A DNA stretch of 61,559 nucleotides from Rikenellaceae bacterium DTU049 (GCA_001513285.1 LFTI01000013.1:1-61559); one strand, 5' to 3'; positions 37,565 to 45,984 are shown, counted from the first letter of the stretch. The notes: generated by a model from the sequence alone, not told the origin. Numbers and translations: made by a program.

Positions 37565-38077
37565 ATGAATATAAAAATTTTAACATACATAATTTTTTGT
37601 CTTTTAAGCATAAGTGCAATGGGACAAACGAATAATAATATCAACCAATTAAATGATGAAGGCAAAAAAGAAGGCTTATGGATTGAAAATAATGGATTAA
37701 TAGAAGCATATTACAAAGCCGGTTTAAAAGATGGGATTTTTAAAGCCTATAACCGTAAAAATGGGAAATTGTCTGTATTTGGCGAATTTACCGAAGGCAA
37801 GAAATCTGGGACATGGTATTATTTTGACGAAGCAAGCATTCTTCTTTTTACAGAAACGAATATTGAAAAGAATACTAAATATACAATAATGCGAGATGAT
37901 GGCGTGGAAATTACCCCCTTGTTTACATCTTATGTAATAGACTATTATCCCAATGGCTATATAAAAGCAGAAGGCAGAGTATTGTATGATGAAGATGTCC
38001 AAATACATTCTTTTGAAACTGGAACGTGGAAGTACTATAACAAGCAAGGAGAATTAGTACAGACAAAAGAACATTAA
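37565..38077 (+). CDS. Exported MORN-variant repeat protein (YwqK-type antitoxin family), candidate immunity protein for 36884-37543
   Basis: Signal peptide; repeats GKKEGLWIE.., GLKDGIFKAY.., GKKSGTWYYF.., ETGTWKYYNKQGEL. Lies directly downstream of the toxin ORF. Confidence 0.7.
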   Translation: MNIKILTYIIFCLLSISAMGQTNNNINQLNDEGKKEGLWIENNGLIEAYYKAGLKDGIFKAYNRKNGKLSVFGEFTEGKKSGTWYYFDEASILLFTETNIEKNTKYTIMRDDGVEITPLFTSYVIDYYPNGYIKAEGRVLYDEDVQIHSFETGTWKYYNKQGELVQTKEH

Positions 38078-38198
38078 AATAACGAAGCACCAATTGAGAC
38101 TTTTTTATTTTAAAACTTAGTCGTCCCGTCCAACAAATCCTTAATCCGTTTTTTGGTCAGCATAGAGTTGATAATTTTTATTACAAAAAGTTTTAACC

Positions 38199-38749
38199 AT
38201 GAATAAAAAATATTTAATAATTATGTTAGTCTTAGCTACCATGATTATATCTTGTTCTACTAATATGAGTACAATTAATAATATCAATAATAAACAGTTT
38301 AAACAACTAAAAAAGTTACACCTAAAACTTATTACATATATTACAAAAAATTTGTAAAAAATTATCGTAATATAATATTAAATGATATATTAGAGGAAAA
38401 ACGATATAAACAACTTTATATAACAGAGATTATAAATCAAATGGATTTAACCAAATATTATGGATATATTTTAGCAGATAATATTGTAGCATATAGTTTC
38501 AATATTGATTTAATGAACAATGTTTTTTATTGGGACAAAATATTGCTTACTGAATATAATAAAAATAATATTTATAATGTTTTTTTTAATGATAATAATT
38601 TCTCCATACTGCGAAATAAGTTTAATCATTCATCTATAGTGTATGATGCTGGATATATATTTTTGCTTAAAATAGTATTTAATAATAAAATTAATATTGA
38701 AACTATTTCTTTTTATGATTTTTCAGAGAATAAAATAATTTATGAATAA
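38199..38749 (+). pseudogene. Lipoprotein gene split by a frameshift at an A6 tract (38309-38314), candidate orphan immunity gene
   Basis: A 52-codon ORF at 38199-38357 (MNKKYLIIMLVLATMIISCSTN..., lipobox) overlaps the upstream open extension (from 38303) of the frame of ORF 38441-38749. One extra A in the tract would join them into a ~183-aa lipoprotein. Confidence 0.5.
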
Positions 38750-38790
38750 ATTTGTATGGTAAATATAAATAATAAAAATAAAACATAATA

Positions 38791-39195
38791 ATGAAAAGTA
38801 TGTATTTACGCAATATTATGATTATAATTTTTATAATATTTATTATAATTATTATTTTTATTTTAAGTTATAATTCACCAAATTTGAATGAAAAAGAGCT
38901 AAAAAGATGTTTTATTAATAAAACAAATATTAGTATTGATGATACTTTCATTATTAGTAAATATGAAAACACAGGTCTTTCAATGTATGATTACTCAGAA
39001 ACTTACTATATAAAAGTTACAGATAATGACTATACAAATATTTTAAAAGAAATTAAATTGAAATATAAAAATTGGATAAAAAATTCAAAAGGTTATGAGT
39101 TATATATACCTCAGAATAAATCTAATGATACCTGTTTTGCATTTCAAATAGATACTATAAATAAATTTTTAATAATTTCAATTATTGAAGAATAA
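38791..39195 (+). CDS. Hypothetical membrane-anchored protein (candidate orphan immunity protein)
   Basis: N-terminal hydrophobic anchor IMIIIFIIFIIIIIFIL. No recognisable domain; position is within the RHS-CT array. Confidence 0.45.
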   Translation: MKSMYLRNIMIIIFIIFIIIIIFILSYNSPNLNEKELKRCFINKTNISIDDTFIISKYENTGLSMYDYSETYYIKVTDNDYTNILKEIKLKYKNWIKNSKGYELYIPQNKSNDTCFAFQIDTINKFLIISIIEE

Positions 39196-39964
39196 AATTG
39201 TAAGGTATTTTTTGATGAGATATAAATATTTTCAAAACATAAAATATATTTTCAAAGTTAATTTGTTTGTTAACCAAAGGAATACTGAGTTAGATATTGA
39301 GTCAAACTATACATACATTGGAGCTTTATATTATGATAGTGAGCTGAGTGGGTGGCTGAGTGTGGATCTGATGAGAGATAAATATCCATCGATATCGCAA
39401 TATTACTATACTGCGGATAATCCAATGGTGCTGGTAGATCCGAATGGGATGCTAATAACAGATTATTATGATATTAAAACAAGTGAACATCTCGAACATA
39501 TAGATGATGTTATAGTTGAAGCAATAGCAATTAAAAATATTGTTTATGATGTTTTAGAAAATCGTTCAAATGTATCTGAAAAATCTATAAATGAAATAAA
39601 TAAATCTACTGCTATATATGGCTATGGTTCCAAAAATTATAATATTGCTTTATCTGAGGGTAAAGGATATAATGCAAATGAATACAGTATTTCTCGACAT
39701 AATGCAGCCAGAAAAGGAGCTATGATGGGTATGCTAAATCGAAATAATAAATTAGATTATAGTCAAGGCGCATATTTTGAGGAAGGCTCAATTTATTTAG
39801 AAAATTCTACAAAATATAATACTAATTTTTTTAATAAACTTGGACATGGTACCACAATAGGATCATATCGTAATAAAAATACATTTTCTTATACTACAAA
39901 GATTGGAGGTACCCCGTTTATGAAATATAATCAAGATCTTTATCCTAAAAAAACATGGCCATGA
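39185..39964 (+). CDS. Second orphan RHS C-terminal module: core remnant plus unrelated toxin tail of unknown fold. The true start is uncertain.
   Basis: NYTYIGALYYDSELSGWLSVDLMRDKYPSISQYYYTADNPMVLVDPNGML. The handle DNA at 39329-39426 is ~91% identical to 36941-37038 by hand alignment, and the tail has no similarity to module 1. Confidence 0.65.
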   Translation: MKNKIVRYFLMRYKYFQNIKYIFKVNLFVNQRNTELDIESNYTYIGALYYDSELSGWLSVDLMRDKYPSISQYYYTADNPMVLVDPNGMLITDYYDIKTSEHLEHIDDVIVEAIAIKNIVYDVLENRSNVSEKSINEINKSTAIYGYGSKNYNIALSEGKGYNANEYSISRHNAARKGAMMGMLNRNNKLDYSQGAYFEEGSIYLENSTKYNTNFFNKLGHGTTIGSYRNKNTFSYTTKIGGTPFMKYNQDLYPKKTWP

Positions 39965-40614
39965 TAAAATATATTTTTAATTTATTTTTAATTTTTAATT
40001 TTATTAGTCATTCATGCTATGCAAATTTATTTGAAAATCCTATAATAAAAGATACATTACAAATAAAAGAAATAGATGAAGGTTACTTAATATATTTAGA
40101 TGATGTTAATATTATCAAACTTGTTAATGATTCTACTAATGTAACATATCTAATTTTACAAGACAAAAATAAAGTTAAATTAGATTTTTATATAATTCCT
40201 CCATATTTAACAGGTGCATATCTATTAAATTTAGATGAATTTGGAAAGGTTTTAGCTCTTGAAAGTTATTCAGTGGGAACTAGTGGTTTAAGTGCTAATA
40301 TAATCAATGTAAGTCTAATTTTCTTAAATAATCATAATAATAATAAAGTTTTATCATACAATTCATTTTGTGGTGGCATTGAACTGTTATTTAAAGATGA
40401 TAATAAATTTTTATTGAATATTTATGATTATAATGGGATAGATAATAATAATGTAACTTATTGCTTAAATATTTTTGAATTAACAAAAGATTGCTTTAAA
40501 CGAACTGATTCACTGCCAAAATGTTATATTGACACAGAAGATAAACAATTAAAATTTTATGATAGATGCAATTGTTCGACATTATATAAGCCATACATTT
40601 TATTTAGAGAATAA
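39955..40614 (+). CDS. Hypothetical exported protein, candidate immunity protein for 39185-39964
   Basis: Signal-peptide-like N-terminus MAMIKYIFNLFLIFNFISHSCYA. Overlaps the toxin stop by 10 nt, suggesting translational coupling. Confidence 0.5.
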   Translation: MAMIKYIFNLFLIFNFISHSCYANLFENPIIKDTLQIKEIDEGYLIYLDDVNIIKLVNDSTNVTYLILQDKNKVKLDFYIIPPYLTGAYLLNLDEFGKVLALESYSVGTSGLSANIINVSLIFLNNHNNNKVLSYNSFCGGIELLFKDDNKFLLNIYDYNGIDNNNVTYCLNIFELTKDCFKRTDSLPKCYIDTEDKQLKFYDRCNCSTLYKPYILFRE

Positions 40615-40633
40615 TAATCAATATTCAAATTAT

Positions 40634-40693
40634 AAAGAGCTAGATAAAAAGTGCAGTTATATGTATTTTGCATCGAGATATTATGATCCATAG
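40634..40693 (+). pseudogene. Third RHS-core handle remnant, truncated after YYD
   Basis: aaagagctagataaaaagtgcagttatatgtattttgcatcgagatattatgatccatag translates to KELDKKCSYMYFASRYYDP*. This parallels KELDNETSYTYFGARYYDS of module 1. Confidence 0.6.
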
Positions 40694-40725
40694 ATTAATT
40701 AAACTTATTATTTTTAAAAAACTTC

Positions 40726-40800
40726 TTGTCAAATCATTTCCCTAGCGTATACCATTCTTTTGTTACTTTTATCTGTTTGGTTGACAAAGAAAAGTAAAAT
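40726..40800 (-). repeat. Repeat family A, hairpin/tail module in reverse orientation
   Basis: The revcomp reads ttttacttttctttgtcaaccaaacagataaaagtaacaaaagaatggtatacgctagggaaatgatttgacaag. Confidence 0.7.
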
Positions 40801-40807
40801 ATATAAA

Positions 40808-40846
40808 AATTTATTCAAAAATATTCATTAATTTTACCTAATAAAA
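40808..40846 (+). promoter_or_regulatory. 39-bp promoter-like direct repeat, copy 2
   Basis: aatttattcaaaaatattcattaattttacctaataaaa, with the taatttta box at 40829-40836, 19 nt before the ATG at 40855. Confidence 0.55.
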
Positions 40847-40854
40847 TTTTATAT

Positions 40855-41382
40855 ATGAAAAATATATTATTTTTTATAATAGTTTTATTTACTTTTCCTT
40901 TCAATCTGTTTTCGCAAAATAAAAATCATGATAGTATCTGTGAGGATGCTATATATGTAAAAACAGATGATTATGAAGGTGTAATATTTGGACCTAAATG
41001 TTTAAAACGTCTATTAATAAAAGATGGAGATACAATAGATGAACCTAGATGGATACCTACAATGCAAGATATAGAAAATGCTGAAAAATTAATTAGAAAA
41101 TATGTAACAAAAAAATCTAAACATCATTTAGTAAATCAAGGTAATGGATGTCCGATAATATATCAAAATTTTGACAAATATGTTCGTCAATATTATGGTA
41201 CTTATAACAAAAAAGGTCAAAAAATATTAGAGGTTAATTTTTTATGGAGAGAATATGCTTATGAAACGGAATGGAAATGTGTTCGTTTAATGATATTTGA
41301 TGGTTGTAGCTTTTATTGGGATATAAGTGTAAATATGAATAAGAAAAAATGTTTTGATTATTGGGTAAATGGAATTGGATAA
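40855..41382 (+). CDS. Hypothetical secreted cysteine-containing protein (possible orphan immunity protein)
   Basis: Signal peptide MKNILFFIIVLFTFPFNLFSQ. No recognisable domain. Lies at the distal edge of the RHS-CT array. Confidence 0.5.
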   Translation: MKNILFFIIVLFTFPFNLFSQNKNHDSICEDAIYVKTDDYEGVIFGPKCLKRLLIKDGDTIDEPRWIPTMQDIENAEKLIRKYVTKKSKHHLVNQGNGCPIIYQNFDKYVRQYYGTYNKKGQKILEVNFLWREYAYETEWKCVRLMIFDGCSFYWDISVNMNKKKCFDYWVNGIG

Positions 41383-41482
41383 ATAATAAATATAAAATGT
41401 CATTATTTTCAACTAATTTAAAAAGAAGTTAGCTATTTTTTGAAGGATATGAATAGTAGTTTAATATAGTTTCTACATTTTA

Positions 41483-41690
41483 CTTCAACTTTTAAACTCA
41501 TCAACTTATCAACCCTATTACCTTTTATCTATCATCTATTACCTATCACTAATCACTAATAACCTATCTCCACGTCTCCTCGTCTCCTCATCTCCCAGTC
41601 ACCTTTTCTCCCCCTCACCCCATCTCCCCATCTCCCAGTCACCCTGTCTCACTAATCACCTACTAACCTTTAACCCATTAAACCATAATA
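41483..41690. repeat. Tandem degenerate octamer/heptamer array, pyrimidine-rich strand up
   Basis: The phase is clean in 8-nt units: tccacgtc tcctcgtc tcctcatc tcccagtc accttttc tccccctc accccatc tccccatc tcccagtc accctgtc. Confidence 0.85.
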
Positions 41691-41762
41691 AAAACCTAAT
41701 TTATATGTATTATTTTTTTGTTAAATTAATTAATTGTAAATTTGCTAAAAAATACAAGAGAT

Positions 41763-42869
41763 ATGAAATATACACCATTTACAAAGATTCATGAAAGCCT
41801 AGCAGCTAAAATGGTAGAATTTGCAGGCTACTATATGCCTATACAGTATACTGGCATTCAGGAGGAACATATTGGAGTTAGAGAAAAAGTTGGCGTATTT
41901 GATGTTTCTCATATGGGAGAAATATATATTAAAGGACCAAATGCATTAGATTTTGCTCAATATGTAACATCTAACGATGTAGCAGCTCTCAAAGATGGCA
42001 AAGTGCAATATTCCTGCTTCCCAAATGGCAAAGGAGGCATAGTAGACGATTTGCTTGTTTATAGAATTAATGAACAAGAATATTTATTAGTAGTAAATGC
42101 CGCTAATATTGAAAAAGATTGGAATTGGTTATGCTCTCATGCTCCAAAATTTAATATAGAAATCAATAAAAATTTAATTAATGATTCAGATAATACTGCA
42201 CAGTTAGCCATTCAGGGACCATTGGCTATGAAAGTAATGCAAAAAATTGTTGCTGAACCTATTACTGATATGCCTTATTATACTTGGCAATGGGTTACAT
42301 TAGATAGTATAAAAAATGTTTTACTTTCTACAACTGGATACACTGGTAGTGGTGGTTGCGAAATATATTTCAATCCTAAATATGCTGAACAAATTTGGCA
42401 AGCTATTTTCGAAGCTGGTAAAGATGAAGGCATAATACCCGTAGGCTTAGGTGCTCGTGATACTTTAAGGTTAGAAATGGGATTTTGCTTATATGGCAAT
42501 GATATAGATGATACTACTTCACCTTTAGAAGCTGGACTAGGATGGATAGTGAAACTAGTGGATCATAAAAATTTTATCGATAAAGAATTTTTATTAAAAC
42601 AAAAACAAGAAGGATTAAAAAGAAAACTTGTTGGCTTTGAAGTGATTGATAAAGGAATACCTAGACATGAATATCAAATTTGTGATAATAATGGCAATGT
42701 AATAGGTAAAGTAACCTCTGGCACCTTTGGCCCATATGTTAAAAAAGCTATTGGCATGGGCTATGTGCCTATTGAATACTCAAAACCAGATACAGAAATC
42801 TTTATAAATATTAGAAATACTTTAGCCAAAGCTATTGTCGTTAATTTGCCATTTTATAAAAATAAATAA
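41763..42869 (+). CDS. gcvT: Glycine cleavage system aminomethyltransferase (T protein)
   Basis: [25 protein letters not shown]......[17 protein letters not shown]. Start moved from the TTG at 41742 to the ATG at 41763. Confidence 0.93.
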   Translation: MKYTPFTKIHESLAAKMVEFAGYYMPIQYTGIQEEHIGVREKVGVFDVSHMGEIYIKGPNALDFAQYVTSNDVAALKDGKVQYSCFPNGKGGIVDDLLVYRINEQEYLLVVNAANIEKDWNWLCSHAPKFNIEINKNLINDSDNTAQLAIQGPLAMKVMQKIVAEPITDMPYYTWQWVTLDSIKNVLLSTTGYTGSGGCEIYFNPKYAEQIWQAIFEAGKDEGIIPVGLGARDTLRLEMGFCLYGNDIDDTTSPLEAGLGWIVKLVDHKNFIDKEFLLKQKQEGLKRKLVGFEVIDKGIPRHEYQICDNNGNVIGKVTSGTFGPYVKKAIGMGYVPIEYSKPDTEIFINIRNTLAKAIVVNLPFYKNK

Positions 42870-42926
42870 GTTAAATATTAGCATTTACATGCTATAAATT
42901 GATTTTATTAAAGGGATTTTAAGATA

Positions 42927-44594
42927 CTAAAATCCCTTTAATATTTTATTTCCTTTTAATGAAAAAACCATTTCTCCATCTATGAATGTAGCTATGGAAT
43001 ATGTATTGCCTAGCTCCTGCGGTGTAGCATTCATAATATCATTATTTATGATCACAAAATCAGCTTTTTTACCTATTTCTAAACTTCCTAATTGTTTTTC
43101 TGAAAAATTAGCATATGCACCATAATATGTCATACCACGCAGAGCTATATCTTTAGTGAGAGCTTGACTTGGTTGGAAACCTCCTGGAGGATAAGCAGAA
43201 ATGTTTTGTCTATAAACTGCTGCACAAAAATTTATATATGGATTTAATGGAGATACTGGAAAATCTGTACCTATTGCTATAATATTATTTTGCAAAAATA
43301 AATCTTTGTAATTATAAGCATTCTCTATTCTATTGCCAAGTCTAGATTTAGCCCATTCCATATCTTCTATAGCATGTATGGGTTGCACAGATGGTATTAT
43401 TTTATATTGTCCAAATTTTTGAATATCATTTGGATTTATTACTTGACAATGTTCTATTCGCCAACGCAAATCATTGTTATTATCTAAATATTTAGAATAC
43501 CAATTAATCATAGTGCTAACGGCAGCATCTCCTATAGCATGCGTAGCAATTTGGTAGTTATGAGCAATACATAATTGAGCAATAGAATCAAATTCAGTTT
43601 CGTTTAATAAAAAAATTCCTTTATTATTACTATCATCTGAATATGGTTCCCAAAGATATGCTCCACGACTTCCTAAAGCACCATCTGCGTACAATTTTAC
43701 TGATCTTACTATAATTTTATCATTATTATAAATCCCTTGTGTCAATATTTCATTAATATTTTCATTGTTTAAGGTTAACATACCAAAAACTCTTAGTTTC
43801 CACTTATTTATTTTTTGTAATGAATCTAAAAGATATATATCATTATAATTAATACCTGCTTCAGTAATAGAAGTGATGCCATATTGAAAGGCTTGCTCTT
43901 GTAGCTTAAGTAGTGAACTGACCTTAGCACTCACAGGAAGTGGAGGAATGTATTTTTCTACTAAAGTCATAGCATTATCTATCAGAATACCCGTTAATTC
44001 ATTATTTATTTTTTCGATAATACCATTTTCTATTTTTGTTTCTTTGGTAATGTTAGCTAGACGCAGGGCTGCATCATTAGCCAATGCTGCGTGTCCATCT
44101 ACTCTTTTCAAATAAACTGGTATATCTGGAAAATATTTATTTAACAATTTATTATTAGGCATTTGCATATTGGGAAATAAATTTTGGTCCCAACCTCTAC
44201 CATAAATAAATTTCATATCGGGATGTTGCCTTAGATATATTTGGATTCTTTCCACCATTTCATCTACGCCTCTAACGCCTGTGAGGTCTATGGGCTCCAT
44301 TTCAGTACTATAACCGATTAGATGGCAATGAGAATCTATTATTCCAGGTATTATTGTAGTACCTTGTAGATTGATTTTCTTTTTAGCTTTCCATTTTTTT
44401 AGTAATGTGTCAGAATCTCCTATATCAATAATTTTATCACCTTTAATGGCCATAGCACTTACTAAATCGTTATTTTCATTAGCAGTATATATTTTACCAT
44501 CATAGAATAACCAATCTGCTTGTTTCATAATTTTGCAACTTGATAATAATGCTAATAGCAAAATAAATAATAAATATCTAAATTTTTTCATCAT
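42927..44594 (-). CDS. Amidohydrolase-family metal-dependent hydrolase (YtcJ-like), lipoprotein
   Basis: PGIIDSHCHL metal-binding motif and lipobox LLSSC. Start moved from the TTG at 44612 to the ATG at 44594. A caaattta box sits at 44610-44617. Confidence 0.8.
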   Translation of the reverse strand: MMKKFRYLLFILLLALLSSCKIMKQADWLFYDGKIYTANENNDLVSAMAIKGDKIIDIGDSDTLLKKWKAKKKINLQGTTIIPGIIDSHCHLIGYSTEMEPIDLTGVRGVDEMVERIQIYLRQHPDMKFIYGRGWDQNLFPNMQMPNNKLLNKYFPDIPVYLKRVDGHAALANDAALRLANITKETKIENGIIEKINNELTGILIDNAMTLVEKYIPPLPVSAKVSSLLKLQEQAFQYGITSITEAGINYNDIYLLDSLQKINKWKLRVFGMLTLNNENINEILTQGIYNNDKIIVRSVKLYADGALGSRGAYLWEPYSDDSNNKGIFLLNETEFDSIAQLCIAHNYQIATHAIGDAAVSTMINWYSKYLDNNNDLRWRIEHCQVINPNDIQKFGQYKIIPSVQPIHAIEDMEWAKSRLGNRIENAYNYKDLFLQNNIIAIGTDFPVSPLNPYINFCAAVYRQNISAYPPGGFQPSQALTKDIALRGMTYYGAYANFSEKQLGSLEIGKKADFVIINNDIMNATPQELGNTYSIATFIDGEMVFSLKGNKILKGF

Positions 44595-44694
44595 AATTGT
44601 TTTATTGCACAAATTTATAATAAAGTTCCCAATGTTGTTTTAAAAACTTTTTTAATTTTGTAATATAATCTTAGCAAATTATTATTATTATTAA

Positions 44695-45438
44695 ATGATT
44701 ACAAAAAAAGAAATTCAATTTATCAAAGATTTACAATCCAGGCAGATAAGAAATGATTTAGGGATGTTTATTGCTGAAGGTCCAAACCTTGTTAATGATT
44801 TATTACAAAGAGGTAACAAATATTATAAAATATATACTACTGTAAATTATTCTTTTTTATACAATTTATCATCAGTAGAAATTATCACAGCAAAGGAATT
44901 AGAACGTATTAGCTCAATGAAAACACCAAACAGCATTTTAGGCATTTTTTATCAGAAACAAACTATTACTTTAAATGAAATGCAGAAATGTGATAATCTA
45001 TTGATATTAAATGACATACAAGATCCTGGGAATATGGGTACTATTTTAAGAACGGCTGAATGGCTAGGATATTTTAATATTATTTCTACATTAAATTCTG
45101 TAGATTTATATAATCCTAAAGTTGTACAATCTAGCATGGGTAGTGTAGTTGGTATAAATATGATTTATTTAAATTTAGATAAAATCAATAATTTGTGTTA
45201 TTCACACACATTGTTAGCTACAGATACAGAAGGTGAAGATATACGAGAAGTAAAAATATCTGGACCTTTTGCACTCATTATAGGTAATGAAGGCAATGGT
45301 ATAGATGAAAAATTGCAATCTATGGCTACAAAAAAAATAAAAATTCCTAGAAAGAATGTAACTAATTTACCAGAATCATTGAATGCGGCTACTGCAGCTG
45401 CTATATGTATGTGGCAGCTAAATATTTTGAATTCTTAA
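44695..45438 (+). CDS. TrmH/SpoU-family RNA 2'-O-methyltransferase
   Basis: DIQDPGNMGTILRTA, IGNEGNGI and LNAATAAAI motifs. Confidence 0.88.
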   Translation: MITKKEIQFIKDLQSRQIRNDLGMFIAEGPNLVNDLLQRGNKYYKIYTTVNYSFLYNLSSVEIITAKELERISSMKTPNSILGIFYQKQTITLNEMQKCDNLLILNDIQDPGNMGTILRTAEWLGYFNIISTLNSVDLYNPKVVQSSMGSVVGINMIYLNLDKINNLCYSHTLLATDTEGEDIREVKISGPFALIIGNEGNGIDEKLQSMATKKIKIPRKNVTNLPESLNAATAAAICMWQLNILNS

Positions 45439-45460
45439 TCTAAATAATATAATTGAATTA

Positions 45461-45605
45461 GGCATTTAATTAATAACTAAATTATTACTGGTTAATCCTT
45501 GGTTATAGCTATATTTCTTATGACTATAATTGATTTTAAATAAATTTCTACTTAATTTACTTTTCTTTGTCAACTACACAAAGAAAAGTAACAAAAGAAA
45601 AGTCT
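45461..45605 (+). repeat. Repeat family A, copy 4 (hairpin at 45560-45588)
   Basis: ggcatttaattaataactaaattattactggtt...tttacttttctttgtcaactacacaaagaaaagtaacaaaagaaaagtct. Confidence 0.75.
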
Positions 45606-45746
45606 CCGCTGGGGAAATGATTTGATAAAACTACGCAATCACCTCTGGGGGTTTACAAACTCGCAAGCATTAGCTTGCTCAAACAGTGTAAACCCTTTTA
45701 CCCTACACGGCTTGCTTGTTTTATTACAAATCATTTCCCAATGCGG
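45606..45746 (+). other. Comparatively GC-rich nested-hairpin element (candidate structured RNA or miniature palindromic insert) embedded in repeat A copy 4
   Basis: The outer inverted repeat ccgctggggaaatgatttg (45606-24) pairs with caaatcatttcccaatgcgg (45727-46). The middle stem is gggtttaca (45649-57) with tgtaaaccc (45687-95). The inner hairpin is gcaagc atta gcttgc (45663-78). An alternative partner gcttgc at 45710-15 is followed by ttgtttta. Confidence 0.4.
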
Positions 45747-45984
45747 TATTGTGAGAGCTTACTAATTATTGTATAGATAGTCTTTTAATACAAAAAGCTC
45801 ATAAAGACTTTATTATCTTAACACCTATTTCGATAATATAAATTATATCCTATTATTCAAAATTTTAACAGCTTTACATTGATTTTTGAAATTATATTTA
45901 TCATTTTTATAATACACTATTTTAGTTTTAGTAAATTTGTAAAAAATTAATAAAATAGACAATAATTAATAAGCTAAATAAAAA

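Noticed and set aside
45606-45746. The GC-richer structured segment considered as a tRNA or tRNA fragment
   Set aside because: It has no cloverleaf, no GTTCRANYC T-loop and no plausible acceptor stem. I saw no T-loop-like motif in any other intergenic spacer either, so no tRNA is called in this window.
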